62,667 nucleotides of DNA, filler included, from Chiloscyllium plagiosum (GCF_004010195.1; 3 parts of one record of this genome joined end to end with filler, not necessarily neighbours in it), one strand, 5' to 3'. Counted from the whole stretch's first letter, positions 40,076 to 53,639 are shown. Notes: generated from the sequence alone by a model not told the origin. Numbers and translations are program-made.

Positions 40076-40111
40076 AATTGACGTTTCGGGCAAAAGCCCT
40101 TCATCAGGAAT
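40076..40111 (-). ncRNA. Minimal type I hammerhead ribozyme motif (family A), sense to SLC15A2 pre-mRNA
   Basis: Minus strand reads ATTC CTGATGA A GGGC tttt GCCC GAAA CG TC AATT; core intact but stem I poorly paired. Confidence 0.55.
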
Positions 40112-40384
40112 TCACAGGCAGGATGTGGGTATCGCTGGCAGGGCCAGCATTTATTGCCCATCCCTAGTTAAGGAGGTGGTGAGCTGCCTTCTTGAACCGC
40201 TGGAGTGATACTGACAGTCCTGCTGGGTTTTTCAGCACTTGCTGTCTTTTTAATTTTAAAATCCTTTCTATTTCTTTCTCCCTCATGGGTAGATCCAGCA
40301 TCCCTTTAAATGCTACTCCATCGCCACATCAGTAGGTGATATGATAGTGCAATGGCAATATCACCCTGGGCTGGTAATCCAGAG

Positions 40385-40609
40385 GGAGAAAGCGAGGACT
40401 GCAGATGCTGGAGATCAGAGTCGAGAGTGTGGTGTTGGAAAAGCACAGCTGATCAGGCAGCAGCCGAGGGGCAGGAGAGTCGACGTTTCGAGCATCTGCC
40501 CTTTATCAGGAATCATTCCTGATGAAGGACTTATGCTCGAAACATCGATTTTCCTGCTCCTCGGCTGCTGCCTGACCGGCTGTTCTTTTCCAACACCACA
40601 CTCTCGACT
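40385..40609. mobile_element. Inverted Penelope-terminus pair (family A) inserted in a SINE head
   Basis: 14-bp TSD ctggtaatccagag at 40371-40384 and 40610-40623. Confidence 0.85.
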
Positions 40610-42073
40610 CTGGTAATCCAGAGCCTAATGCTGTGGAAATATAGGTTCAAACCTCACCAAAGACACTGATAGTGTTTGATTAATACAGCTATCATTGATC
40701 CTTTAAACAACCAATTGTCTTTTTACAGAAGGAAATCTGCTGTGCTTACCTGCTCCAGCCTAGACATGACCATAGACGCATAGCAATACTGTGCTTAACT
40801 TCTCTCTGAAATGGTCCAACAAGTCACTCAATTCAAGGGTAAGTGGGAATGGGTCAAAAATGCTTGGCTTGTTAATGAGATCAATAGTTAATGAAAGAAT
40901 GCTTTTAAAAATGTTGCTGTGCTAGTGAATCCCGCAATCAATCTAAGTCACTCTCCCGAGACTATCTCGTTTCTCATTATTAGTTATTGAAGTAGTACTG
41001 ATTTTGGGCTCCCTTATAAATTCAACATTTTATCCACGTCCACCTTACCAATATCTTTCAACACTTCGGCACGTCCATAAAGTTTCTTATCTACTTTTAC
41101 GGATGCACCATAGAAAGCATTTTATCCGGATGCATCACAACCTTGGTGTAGCAAGTGCTCTGCCCAGGACCGTAAGAAACTACAGAGAGCTGTGAACACA
41201 GCCCAGTCCATTACACAAGCCAACCTTCCATCCGTGGACTTCATCTACACTTCCCACTGCCTTAGGAAGGCAGCCAACATCATCAAAGACTCTTCCCACC
41301 CCAGTTATAATCTCTTCCACCTCTTCCATTGGGCAGAAGATACAAAAGCTTATTCACAGATACTAACAAGCTCAAGGACAGCTTCTTCCCCACTGTTATT
41401 AGACTTCTGAATTGACTTCTCAAATCTCAAATTTCATGCTGACCTTGCTGTTTGTGCACCTTCTCTGCAGCAGTAACAGTGTATACCTCGCTCTGTTCTA
41501 TTAACCTAATGCACTTTGTATGGTATGATCAGCCTGTATTGCACACAAAACAAACCTTTTCACTGTACCTAGGTACATGTGACAATAATAATTCCAATCA
41601 AAAATCATCCGTATCAGTTCAACCCTTAGTCTTCCCTTTTCTAGAAAAAGTACCACTTCAGTTGGCACACATTACTCCCACTGTGCAGCAGTAATGGGTG
41701 ACTGAATGCTGAAAGTGGTGCCAATCGAATGGGCTGTTTTGCTCCACAGGGTGCTGCTGGTGCTGCACCCATCCAGACAAGTGGGGAGTTGTCCATCCAG
41801 TCCTGACTTGTGCCTTGTAGATGGTGCAAATCAGGAATGTGCAAGAAATCAGAAGCACAGAGATCTCCCCGGGTTGGGGAAGGATTTATTCATTGCAATT
41901 TTACAGCTCACCATAGATGGGATTCAAATGTAATCAGTGGATGGCTCACCCATTATCATAGCTACAACACTAACATACCTACAATACGAACGGGTGAGGG
42001 CTTGTCATATGTGGGAATTGGAATCCTAGGCACACATTATGATAAAATATTTTAGAAAGAAAGCTCCACTTAC

Positions 42074-42184
42074 TATCCTCTATCCATGGTCTTGTACAAT
42101 GAGCTGCCGAAGTTCTTGTAGATAGTGCCAAAATTCACATCCCCCATGGTCACGTTTAAATCTTCAGTGAAGGCATTTACGATT
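42074..42184 (-). CDS. SLC15A2: SLC15A2 exon, extracellular domain
   Basis: AG/GTAAGT boundaries; 111 nt; (R)IVNAFTEDLNVTMGDVNFGTIYKNFGSSLYKTMDRG(Y), cf. RFVNTLHKDVNISL...YRTVQRG. Confidence 0.88.
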
Positions 42185-42267
42185 CTGTAGACAGATCTCA
42201 GGGGTTGAGCACAGATCAGAAGAAACAGTTTACTTACAAGAAGTAGTTAAAGAGGACAGTGTCCTAC

Positions 42268-42314
42268 CTCACTGCAGCCTTTCCTTTCTGTGGCTTTGAT
42301 GTTTGATCTTCCAG
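42268..42314 (-). CDS. SLC15A2: SLC15A2 short exon
   Basis: ttttgtattcag acceptor and GTAGG donor; 47 nt; LEDQTSKPQKGKAAV(R); phase 0/2 fits the next exon. Confidence 0.85.
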
Positions 42315-42634
42315 CTGAATACAAAATAACACAAATTATTGTGAGTTTGGGAAGGAAAGTTTTTTTTAAGAGTTCCAAAAACAAAGCTAAAACTGACAAC
42401 AGCAGTAATTACCCGGACCAAGAAATTGGGGATTGAATTTCAGCATTGAAGAAAAAAATCTCCAAAAAAGGAGCAGCTCTCACGTTCAAGATTCACTCCC
42501 ATCCACCATTTTGGATATTTCCCCACTTTGCATTTCCGTTGTGTAGGACCCAGGATCTCCTCAAGAGCTTTACATCTAATGATGGATTGACAGAAGTGCA
42601 ATGTAGCAAATACAAGAGCAAATTTGTGCACAGC

Positions 42635-42889
42635 ATAGAATCCCTACAGTCTGGAAACAGGCCATTAGCCCAACTAGTCCACAATGACCCTCCAAAGAGT
42701 ATCCCACCCAGGGCAATTCAGCATGGCCAATCCGCCTAACCTGCACATCTTTGGATTGTGGGAGGAAACCCACGTTGATACAGGGAGAATATGCAAACTC
42801 CACACAGACAGTTGCCCGAGCCAGGAATTGAACCCGGGTCCCTGGCACTGTGAGGCAGCAGTCCTAACCACTAAGCCACCGTGCCGCCA
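42635..42889 (-). mobile_element. HE1-type V-SINE
   Basis: Typical head and V-domain. Confidence 0.85.
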
Positions 42890-43150
42890 GCAAGATCCCA
42901 CGAACTGCCACGTGATCACCCGAAGGCCATCTGTTGGAATGGTACTGGGTGAAGAATAAATATTGGCCGGGACATTGGGGAGATCTCTTCCTTGAAATAG
43001 TGACATGGGATCTTTTGTGTCCACCTGAGGGACGGTGCCTCAGTTTGACATTCAGAAGCCATCACCTCTGGTAGTACAGCACTCCCTCAGTACTGCACTG
43101 GAGCATCAGGCTAGGTTCAGTGCTCCAATCTCCGCAGTGGAGCGTGAAGT
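42890..43150 (-). mobile_element. Deu-domain SINE (SacSINE1/AmnSINE1-like)
   Basis: Reverse complement contains ctccagtgcagtactgagggagtgctg...ctcaggtggacacaaaagatcccatg.cactattt...ggccaatatttat, as recalled for the Deu domain. Confidence 0.7.
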
Positions 43151-45544
43151 TGCACCAATTGACACAGCAGGCTGTGATGCTATTGACTGCTATAACATTA
43201 TTTACTGTGAATTGAGACCGTCAATTCTTTGAGACTAGATTGTGTAATGTGACACGAATACCGAAGTCTTTTTATTACCTTTCCTGCCTGTTTCTTTGCA
43301 GTGGTTTTGGGGCTGTCCCACTGAGTTTGGCAAATGCTACCCTAAACTGAAGACAGTGGAATTTCCTCCGTATAAATTAACCGTTAATCACTGTTGAAAT
43401 ATGCCCTCTTGACATTCAATGGCATTACCCATAATTGAATCATCTACTACCTACACTTTGGGGGTTAGGACTGAGCAGAAAGTCAGCTGGACCAGCCATA
43501 TAAATACAGTGGCTACAAGAGCAGATCAGAAACCTGATTTAATGCTGAGGTGGAAGATGCAGGCAGCGACTGTGATTAATAATGTTTACAACTGTGCTGA
43601 GGGAATTCCATTCTTGTCTTTTTTTAAATAGGCTGTAACTCACACAGAAACACAGTGTTTGTTTGGAATCATTCCCAGGCAGAGTTCATATTGCAGTTTC
43701 ACCACCGAAGAACTTTGTGTGTAAAAACCAGCACCATTGATTCAGACTAGGAATGCTGCAGCAAATAACTCACCTCCTGACTCCCCAGAGCCTGTCCACT
43801 ATCTACAAGGCACAAGACAGGAGTGTGATGGAATACTCTGACTTGCTTGGAAGGGTGCGGCTTCAACAACACTCAAATGCTTGACGCCATCCAGGACAAA
43901 GCAGTCCGCTTAATTGGCATCACATCCACAAGCGTGGCACTGGAAAAGCACAGCCGGTCAGGCAGCATCTGAATTGCTTCAGGACGTGGCTGAAATGCTT
44001 CAGGGGAGAAGAGTCAACCTGGGGGGGGGGGGTGCAGTGAGAGAGAGAGAGAGAGAGAGAGACTCACTGAGATCCTTGTGGAAGGAGGAGGAGAACTTCT
44101 TCAAGGTGGGCATCCTTGGAAGACCAGCTGTGCTTTTCCGACACCACACTTTTTGACTCTGATCCTAGCATCTGCAGTCCTCACTTTCACCACATCCACA
44201 CGCATCCACTCCCTCCACCATCAATGCTCTGTAGCAGCAGTGTGTAATATCTACAAGATACACTGCAGATATTCACCCAAGATCCTTAGACAGCACCTTC
44301 CAAATCCACAGCCACTTCCATCCACAAGCAGCAACTTGTAAAAAGGGTAAATGTATGGGTGGGTTGCGTTTCGGTGGGTCGGTGTGGACTTCTTGGGCCG
44401 AAGGGCCTGTTTCCACACTGTAATGTAATCTAATCTAATCTAATCTAATCACTGTTCTCCTTTGAGTATGTGTGACTATGAAGCTAATTCAATTCAATCT
44501 AGAAGGACAAAGGCAACAGATAAATGGGAACACCGCCATCTGCAAGTTTCCCTCCAAGCCACTCCCCATGCTGACTTGGAAATATATCACCATTCCTTCA
44601 GTATTGCAGGGTCAGAATCCTGGAATTCCTGCCCTAATAGCATTGTTGGTCTACCTACAGCACTTGGAGTGCAGTGGTTCAAGAAAGCAGCTTCTCAAGA
44701 GCAACTAGGGATGGGCAGCTCACCCCCATGTCTCATGAACAAATAACAAAACATCTTAAAGTCGCACAACGTGAAGCAAGCACATTCAAAACATTATTTG
44801 GTAGAAGGATCACCAACGAGAGGGAGACATGATAAACAAAGTCAACCAGGATGCAGTGCTTACGGAATGTCCAGCATGAGGTTTAAAGGCATGAAGACTG
44901 TAAAAGGAGAGCAAGGCTGAGGGGGTGCTGCAGATTTCAAGTCCTGGATAGCAATGAGTCAGTGCAGGAGATGGTGCAATGTTGCCTCAATTCAACAGGG
45001 AACAGGAAAGTAAGGAGGAGAAAGTTCAGAGGAACACGATATATTGCAAATATAATCAAAATTCTGACAGATGGAGCTGAATGAAAAGATTGACTATCAA
45101 ATGACAACCTGTTATCTTTATGAAACATTGATTTGACCTCAGTGGAACAGAATATTGTGTTCAATTCTGAAGTGTGTTGACTTGGTCCTGGTGAAAAGAT
45201 TAATTGGTCTAAAAGCAGAGTCAGCAGGCTTTACTTATGTGGAGAATCGGGTTTATCTCCCTAGAGAAGAGAGGAAATTCGATGGGAACATTCACAGCCT
45301 TGAGAGTTTTGTTAGAGTGAGGAGGATTGGTTGGAGGGCCTGGAACCAGGGGTCATGGCCTCAGGACACAGGGTAGACCATTCAGGAACTGAGCTGAGGA
45401 AACGTTTCTTCTCTCAGAGAGTGGTCAATCAGTGGAACATAGACAGCTATGGAAGCCAGGTAACTGAGTACACTCAAGTGTGAGATTGACCTATTTTTTA
45501 GACATTTGAGACGTGTGGAGGGAAAGCAGTGCTGTGGAGTATAG

Positions 45545-45880
45545 ATTAGATTCCCTACAGTGTGGAAACAGGCCCTTTGGCCCAACAAGTCCACACTGAC
45601 CCTCCGAAGAGTAACCCACCCAGATCCTATATCTACCTACCCTATATCTACCCCTGACTTAATGTGCCTGACACAATGGGCAATTTAGCATGGCCAAGTC
45701 ACCTGACCTGTACATCTTTTTGAATTGTGGGAAGAAACCGGAGCACCCAGAGGAAACCCACGCAGACACTGGGGGTGAATGTGCAAACTCCACACAGACA
45801 GTCGCCCAAGGCAAGAATCGAACCTGGGTCCCTGGCACTGTGAGGCAGCTGCGCTAACTACGGAGCCATCGTACCACCCC
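45545..45880 (-). mobile_element. HE1-type V-SINE
   Basis: Typical head, V-domain and tail. Confidence 0.85.
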
Positions 45881-46529
45881 ATATATGTTGAGGATCAGCC
45901 ATGATCATATCAATGGTGGAGCAGGCTTGAAGGGCTGAATGGCCTACTCCTGCGTACAGTTTTGTGCTTCTTCCTGAAGACGGGAGACAGTTGCATTGTA
46001 GGCTTTTCAGAGTAGGTTCCTGAGGCTGATTTGTGAGTTTGCACAAGCGCAGAAGGCCACTGGAAACTTCAAGAAGCTGACCGGCTGGAGCCTGTCAGAA
46101 ACAGGGCTGGCAGGTGAAAGGTGTCTTCATTAATCGACAAAGGTTCTGTGCTGCAGTAATTACATTTTCATACCATTGAAATATCTCTACCCTATTCCTG
46201 ACTTCCAGTTCCCTTTCTGTCCAGGCTGCTCTAAAGATGTAGGTGCTTACATTTATTAAACAAGACTGAGACCACAGCGATGGCTGCTGAATTTGGATTT
46301 GAATTCACTTTACCTATATCATTTCCTTTTTTTGCTTGCACCATCTCCTTCGACCCAGACCACCGACTAAGCACTCATTAATCCCCTCAACCCATAAAAA
46401 CTGGAAGTTTTCTATGCTTCCCTTGTGTGTGGATTTATAACTGGTGAACAAACCTGCCCTTAAATCACTTAGCCCCAAAAACTAGTCCCACAAATACTCA
46501 CTGGTTAGTACTGTTGCCTCACAGCACCA

Positions 46530-46848
46530 CTTAGACTCCGTACTGTGTGGAATCAGGCCATTGAATCCACACTGACCCACCAAGGAGCATTCCATCCAAC
46601 TCACTCCCACTATGCCATCCCTGTAACTCTGCATTTCCCATGGCTCATCCATCTAGCCTGCACATCCCGGACAATTTCCCATGGGACAATTCACCTAACC
46701 TAGACATCATTACACTGTGGGAAGAAACCCATGCAGACACGGGGAGAATGTGCAAACTCCACACAGGCAGTCACCCGAGGCTGGGATCAAACCCAGGCCC
46801 TTAGCTCTGTGAGGCAGCGGTGCTAACCACTGAGCCACCGTGCCACCC
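46530..46848 (-). mobile_element. HE1-type V-SINE
   Basis: Typical head and V-domain. Confidence 0.8.
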
Positions 46849-47174
46849 ATTAAGGTTCGACAAATAAAGTGTCAGGAGTGACAGAGTTCTAAATCAGGAT
46901 CTTTAGGGTACTAATGCCTGGTTTGTTCACAACTGCAAAGACTATTTGGTATTGGAGTGGTAAATCAGGTTAACACTTAGTTGGATGAACAATGTGTTGG
47001 AGGGGTTTCCGGATTCCTGAGACATGAGGATCAGTACTGGGGCAGGTGGAACCGACACAATGTGAACAAGTTGTGCTGTAACAGGGCTGTGACCATCATT
47101 CCTTGTGGGAACATCAGCTAGTACTGTGGGAAGTGGCACCAGGATGAAGCTTTGGACAGGAGTTAGGAAGAGCA

Positions 47175-47430
47175 GAGCTTCGGGTGACTGCATGTGTGGA
47201 GTTTGCACGTTCTCCCTCTGTCTGTGTGTGTATGTCTCCTCCCATGATCCAAACATGTTAGCTGGATTGGCCATGTTAAACTGATCCATAGTGTCCAGGG
47301 ATGTGCAATGTGGTGGATTAGCCATGAGAAATGTGGGGTTACAGGGCTGGTCTGGGTGGGTTGGCCTTCAGAGGGTCGTTGCAGACTTGATGGGCCAAAT
47401 GGCCTCTATCCACATTGTGGAGATTCTAAG
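47175..47430 (+). mobile_element. HE1-type V-SINE, 5'-truncated
   Basis: V-domain and tail present. Confidence 0.75.
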
Positions 47431-47558
47431 CTCGAGCAAAAAGAGAGAGATGTTGTGAAATCAGAACTTGAATAATGGAGGTGCAAAACCTGTTGCTACA
47501 GCATTCACCCCGTTTTTAATCTAAATGTTAGAAGAGCTGGCTAATGATATTTACTGAC

Positions 47559-47723
47559 CAGTGTGCAATGGGGCGTGTTGACCTCTGTGTACATTAATAT
47601 GCTGTATGCACTCCTCTCACTGATGTTTTGATGGCATATCTCGGTGTTGTTTTCATACGTAATATTAAAACTGAAAGCTTGATTTGGAGCATCCAGCTGT
47701 AACTTGGTGTAATTGTCCGGATC
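47559..47723 (-). CDS. SLC15A2: SLC15A2 exon, extracellular domain
   Basis: ctttcacag acceptor and GTCAGT donor; 165 nt open; DPDNYTKLQLDAPNQAFSFNITYENNTEICHQNISERSAYSILMYTEVNTPHCTL. Confidence 0.85.
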
Positions 47724-48809
47724 CTGTGAAAGACAAGAAGGGACATTTATTTAGTAAGATCTTTCTAAAATTACCAACTTCTATCAACAACTTGAATTCA
47801 CGTGATACTAATGAGGACTTGATAGGGTAGATGCAAAAAGGTTTCTTTCCCTTTGTGGGACGGTCGAGGGGGTAATGTCAGAATGAGAGGGTTACACAAT
47901 TAAAACCGAGACGAGGAGGAATTTCTTGGTGCAGGAAATCTGTGATGCTCTTTACTGCAGAGAGCTATCTTAATTATATTCAAGGCTGAGATAGACAGCC
48001 TTTTAATTAGTAAGGGGATAAAAGGGTTATGGGGAACAGGCAGGAAAGTGAAGTTCAGGATTATCAGATCAGCCATCATCTCTCATTAAGTAGTGGAACA
48101 GACTTGATGGGCTGAATGGCTTACTTCTGCTCCTGTGTCTAATGGTCGTCTGGTCAACCACACCTTCAAACATCCTGAGATGATTCACAGGAATACAATC
48201 AAGCAATTATTTAAAGACAAGGCAGGAAAAGAAACATTAGATGTTCAAAGAGGTGACCTTATTGAGTGTCTTTAAAAGAGTTTTAAGGGGCAGGCAACTC
48301 TAAAGCTTAGCACTGAAGCAGCTGAAGCTGCAGCTACCAATAGCAGAATGATGGAAATCACTGGACCAGAGGTCTGCTCTCTCATTAGAGATATATATAA
48401 AAGGAGAGAGAGAAAGAAAGAGAGAGAGAGAGAGAGGACTGGTGGTAGTTTAACTTGAGGGTCGCCACATCTCAGATGAGGAGAGAGATTGAGAAGGAGA
48501 GTCCTTCATGGTATGCTGACCCATCTGAGCCATCCCAGTTCTAGGACATCTGCTCAGTGTAGTGTGCTAAGCCCAACGATCTCCAGCTACTTCCTCCCCT
48601 CCACCAAAAGGTCAGAAGTGGGGATGTTCACCAATGACAACGTAATGTTCAGCACCATTCACGACCTGTCAGAGACTGAAGCAGTGCGTATTGAAATAGC
48701 TGGCTAATATCCAGGCTGACAGGGTCTTACAGTTGGATATCTCCCTCTGTGACCTAGACCAGGTATCAATTGCCGTACCGTGAGCAGTACTGATGCCTCT
48801 CAGTCAGAA

Positions 48810-49210
48810 GATCCCGGGGAAAAGATCTTGTCTATTTATCTTACCCATGCCCCTCATGATTTTATAAACCTCTATAAGGTCACCCCTCAGCCTCCGGCCC
48901 TCCAGGGAAAATAGCCCTAGCTTCTCCCTATTACTCAAACCCTTAAACTCTGGCAATATCCTTGCAAATCTTTTCTGAACCCTTTCAAGCTTTAACAACA
49001 TTTTTCCCATAGAATGGAGATCAGAATTAAATGCAGTATTCCAAAAGTGGTTTAACTAATGTCCTGCATAGCCTCAACATGACCTCCCAACTCCTGTACT
49101 CAGTGCAGTGACCAACAAAGGCAAGAATACCAAACGTCTTCTTCACTATCCTATCTACCTGCTAATCCACTTTCAAGGAACTATGAACCTGCACTCCAAG
49201 GTCTCTTTAT
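48810..49210 (-). mobile_element. CR1 fragment
   Basis: KLERVQKRFARILPE...LRGDLIEVYKIM. Confidence 0.85.
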
Positions 49211-49794
49211 GATTTAACCTGAGGGCCACCAGGTCTCAGGTGAGAGGAGAGGTTGAGAAGGAGAGTCCTTCATGCTAACCTCAGGAACTGAACTCACACT
49301 GTTGGCATCACAAAACTTTGCAAACCAACCGTCTAGCCAAGTCAGCTAAACCGACTAATCACCCACTGAGTGAAAAAATATTTTGCTCACCTCCATCTTT
49401 AAAGGGAGAACTCTCTTTTTTAAACTTTGCCCTGGAGTTCTAGTCTTCCCCACGTGAGGAAACATCCTGCTGGTATCCGGCCTCTCAAATCCCCTCAGAT
49501 ATTATAGGTTTCACTCAGATCACCTCTCATTTCTCCAAGCTCCACTGGTTACAGGCCCAACCTATCCAACTATTCCTCATCCAAAACTATTCCTTCATGA
49601 AGAGTCACAGGGCTCAAAACTTTAACTCTGCTTTCTTCCCAATGATACTGCCGGGCCTATTTCTCCAGCCATTTCCGTTCCAGTTTCAGATCTGCAGCAT
49701 ACACAGATCTTTGTTTTACTCCTCATCCATTTCCTCTTTTCCTCAGAGCTTTACAGTCAGCTGGGACCATCTGCGATATGTTGTCGATGCTTAC

Positions 49795-49920
49795 CTGAAA
49801 GGGAGCCATGGTGACTGGAAAGTCATCTCGCCCTTGGACTGTGACGCTGATATTTTCATCTGCCAGGTTTAGGAACTGAATGTAACTTTCTTTGGCTACA
49901 AGCTCAGGCATCACAGTTTT
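49795..49920 (-). CDS. SLC15A2: SLC15A2 exon, start of the extracellular domain
   Basis: AG/GTAAG boundaries; 126 nt, phase 0/0; KTVMPELVAKESYIQFLNLADENISVTVQGRDDFPVTMAPFQ (cf. FLQVLNLADDEVKVTV...SFQ). Confidence 0.88.
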
Positions 49921-50034
49921 CTGAAAGGTAACAGATTATCAAAATAGATTAAAACCTTCAACAAAACACCTGGTAGACTTCAGGTGCAGGACTGTGTCCA
50001 ATTGTAGCTGCCTCATTACAGGGAAGGTGAGAAT

Positions 50035-50305
50035 CCTAGAATGCCTACAATGTGGAAGCAGGCCATTCAGCCCACTTAATCCACACCAACCCACCAAGGA
50101 GCATCCCACTCAGATCCACCCTTCTATCCTATCCCTGTAACTCTGCATTCTCCATGGCTAACCAACCTAGTCTGCACATCTTTAGACTGTGGGAGGAACC
50201 TCACGCAAAGAGGAGAACACGCAAACTCCATACAGTCACCCAAGACTGGAACCAAACCCAGGACTCTGGTACTGTGGGGCAGCAGTGTTAGCCACTGTGC
50301 TGCCC
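50035..50305 (-). mobile_element. HE1-type V-SINE
   Basis: Typical head and V-domain. Confidence 0.8.
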
Positions 50306-50309
50306 ATGG

Positions 50310-51200
50310 CATTGGAAAGATTGCAGATGAAATATATAGGAACGATTACAGGGATGAGAAACTTCAGGAGGATAGATTGAAGAAAGTCGGGTTATTCTCC
50401 TTGGAGAAAGAAGGCTGAGAGGATATTTGAGAGGCTTTCAAGTCATGAGTGGGTTAGGTAGATGGGGAGAAGCTGTTCCCACTTTTAAAAAGAGGGCAGC
50501 TTTGAAGTGAAACAAGGGAGACATGAGGAAACAAAGTTCACTCAGTGGGATGTTAGCATGCGGAATGCACTGCCTGGAAATGCGATGGAGGCAAATTTAA
50601 TTGAGGCAATCAAGCCTTTATTGCTCAAATCATTGAGTATAGGAGTTGGGACATCATGTTGAGGTTGTACAGGATGTTGGTGAGTACTTTTGAAGTACTG
50701 TGTACAGTTCTGGTCACCCTGCTATAAGAAGAATTTTATTAAATTAGAAAAGAGATTTACCTGGATGTTGCTGGGAATGGAGGGTTTGAGTTATGAGGAG
50801 AGGCTGGATAGGCTGGGACTTTTTTCACTGGAGTGTAGGAAGTTGAGGGGTGGCCTTATAGAGATTTATAAAATCATGAGGGGCATTGGTAAGGTGAATA
50901 ACAAAGGCCTTTTTGCCTGGGGTATGGGAATTCAAAACTTGGGGGGCATACTTTAAAGGCAAGAGGAGAAATATTTAAAAGAGATCTGAGGAGCAACTTT
51001 TTCACACAGTATGTGGTAAGGAAGTGGTAGATGCAGGTACAGTTACAACATTTAAGTACATTGGACAGGTACGTGAATAGGAAAGGTGTAGAGGGATATG
51101 GGCCAAACACAGGGAAGTGAGACTAGTTTATTTTGGGAAACATGGTCAGCATGGACGTGATGGACTGAAGGGTCTATTTCCATGCTGAATGACTCTAGGA
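50310..51200 (+). mobile_element. CR1 3' fragments
   Basis: YCVQFWSPCY...LGLFSLE; 3' tail near 51190. Confidence 0.85.
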
Positions 51201-52099
51201 AGTTATTGGATGATATTTGGATAGGAATTTTTAAAAATTCATTCATGGGATGAGGACTTCACTGGCTAGGCCACATTTATTGTCCGGAGAACAGTTAAGA
51301 GTCAACCACATTGCAATGGGTCTGAAGTCACATGTAGGTCAGAATGGCAGTTTCCTTCTCTAAAGGACATTAGTGAACCAGATGGGATTTTCCGACAATT
51401 GACTTAAGGTCATCATTAGACTCTTAATTAAGACCTTTGTTGAGTTCAAATTCCACCATCTGCTATGGCAGGATTCAAACCCAGGTCCCCAGAACAGTAC
51501 CTGGGTCTCTGGATTAACAGTCCAGCCACAATACCATTAGGCCATTGCCTTCCCTTCCCAGTGAGGTGTGCAAAGGTACGGAAAAAGGCTGGAGATTGGC
51601 ACAAGGTGATGATGTCTGAAGAGCCAATGCAGGCATGATGGATTGAATGGTCTCCTTCTGTACCATAACAATTCTGTGATCGGTAAAATGTATCCAGTTC
51701 CTCTGGGTTGCTGGACAGGCATCCTTTCAATTCTGACTAACTGGTTCATTTTTACAACATAGTGTACAATGTGGGTATGATTATGTGGTACAGTCAAACA
51801 TACAACCTTGTAGAACATGGGTTCAATCCTACCTCTGGAATTTGAATTCAGTTACAAATTCTAGATAGTTAGACAAAACCCAGCCAGTGTACTCATCACC
51901 TTTAGGGAAAACCTACTGTATTTATCTGGTCTGGTCTCAATGTGATTCTTGTCCCATCGAGTGTGCTAAGTGATAAAGCATTATCTCAGGATAGCCATCA
52001 ATGGCTGTTCAACTCTGCAAGGGACTAGATTAACGTGACTGCAGGTATCTTATAGGTGTATTAGAGATGTTCGTGAGGGTGAATATTCTTCATCTCCTG

Positions 52100-52318
52100 G
52101 ATCAGTGGTGCTGGAAGAGCACAGCAATTCAGGCAGCATCCGAGGACAGGCAAAATCGACGTTTCGGGCAAAAGCCCTTCATCAGGATTCCTGATGAAGG
52201 TCTTTTGCCCGAAACGTCGATTTTGCCTGTCCTCGGATGCTGCCTGAATTGCTGTGCTCTTCCAGCACCACTGATCCAGAATCTGGTTTCCAGCATCTGC
52301 AGTCATTGTTTTTACCTC
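52100..52318. mobile_element. Near-perfect inverted Penelope-terminus pair (family A) with back-to-back hammerhead motifs
   Basis: Palindrome 52097-52279 centred on 52188; 15-bp TSD attcttcatctcctg at 52085-52099 and 52319-52333. Confidence 0.9.
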
Positions 52319-52537
52319 ATTCTTCATCTCCTGCCAAACTGTACACCCACATCAAACATTGTGGGTGTTGGAGAAACAAGTCCCACCAGGTATCTGATTG
52401 GACACACCAGCAGCATTCCCCCAGGATGCCGTGCGATCGGAGTGAGGGGACCAGCAACCTCAGCTTCGTCATGGTAGGATTGAACCCAGGTTCCACTGGG
52501 TTGTACATCTGACTATACCACACTATCACACCACAAC

Positions 52538-52572
52538 CACCTGATGAAGGAGCAGCGGTTCGAAAGCTAGTG
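52538..52572 (+). ncRNA. Minimal type I hammerhead ribozyme motif (family B)
   Basis: CAC CTGATGA A GGAGCAGCGGTTC GAAA GC TA GTG; stem I CAC/GTG, weakened stem II. Confidence 0.55.
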
Positions 52573-52802
52573 CTTCCAAATAAACCTGTTGGACTGTAAC
52601 CTGGTGTTGTGTGATTTTTAACTTTGTACACCCCAGTCCAACACCGGCATCTCCAAATCATGACCCACATTATAGGTTATATTGTTCGCGTGTGAGCTCT
52701 GTAAAGGTGAATGAACACATTGCCTTCATGAGCGACATGACAGTGGCTCCTACTGTGCCACACACACTTGCCCTTCTAATCTGTCAAGGATTTTCTTTTG
52801 AT

Positions 52803-53158
52803 ATGGTCGCTCAGAGGTTAGCACTGCTGCCTCACAGTGCCAGGGATCCAGGTTCGATTCTAACCTTGGGTGACTGTCTGTGTGGAATTTGCATGTTCTC
52901 CCGTGCCTGTGTGGGTTTCGTCTGGGTGCTCTGGTTTCCTCCCATAGTCCAAAGATGTGCAGGTTAGGTGGATCAGCCATGTTAAAGTGCCACACAGTGT
53001 AGTGTCCAGGGATGTGCAGGTTAATTAGATAGGCAATAGGAAATGCAGGGTTTCAGGGATAGGGTGGGGGAATGAGTCTGGGTGGGATGCTCTTCAGAGG
53101 GTTTGACTTTATGGGCTGAATGGCCTGCTTCCACATTGTAGAGCTTCTACGATTCTAT
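52803..53158 (+). mobile_element. HE1-type V-SINE
   Basis: Typical head, V-domain and tail. Confidence 0.8.
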
Positions 53159-53639
53159 TACCATTGACAGACATTGTGCATATGACGGGGGGGGGGGGTT
53201 ACATCCCTATGTCACACAATGGACCGAATGGCTTCGTTTTGTGATCGAAGCAAGTTGGCCAGTCTTACAGAAGTGAAAACATGTAGTTTAATGAGTATGT
53301 AAGGTTGTAAGGTCATAATGGGGGCACACATGACATCAAACAGTATGAAGAAAGTAGGGATCCATCTTAAGTTGTTCCCAGGGAATTACAGCCAATCAAC
53401 TTTCATTGTTGAGAAATTAGAGATCAGAGTTTAGCATCATACCATATAGGAGGCCATTCAGCCCATCATGCCGACAATGGCTCTTTGAAAGAGCTAACCA
53501 ATTAATCCTATTTCCCTAGCTCTTTCCCCAAAGTCACATAAAGATTATCTTCTCAAGGATTTATCTAATTCCCTTTTGAAGGTAGTTGTTGAACTAACTT
53601 CCACCACTATTTCCGGCAGTCCATTCCAGATAATAACAA

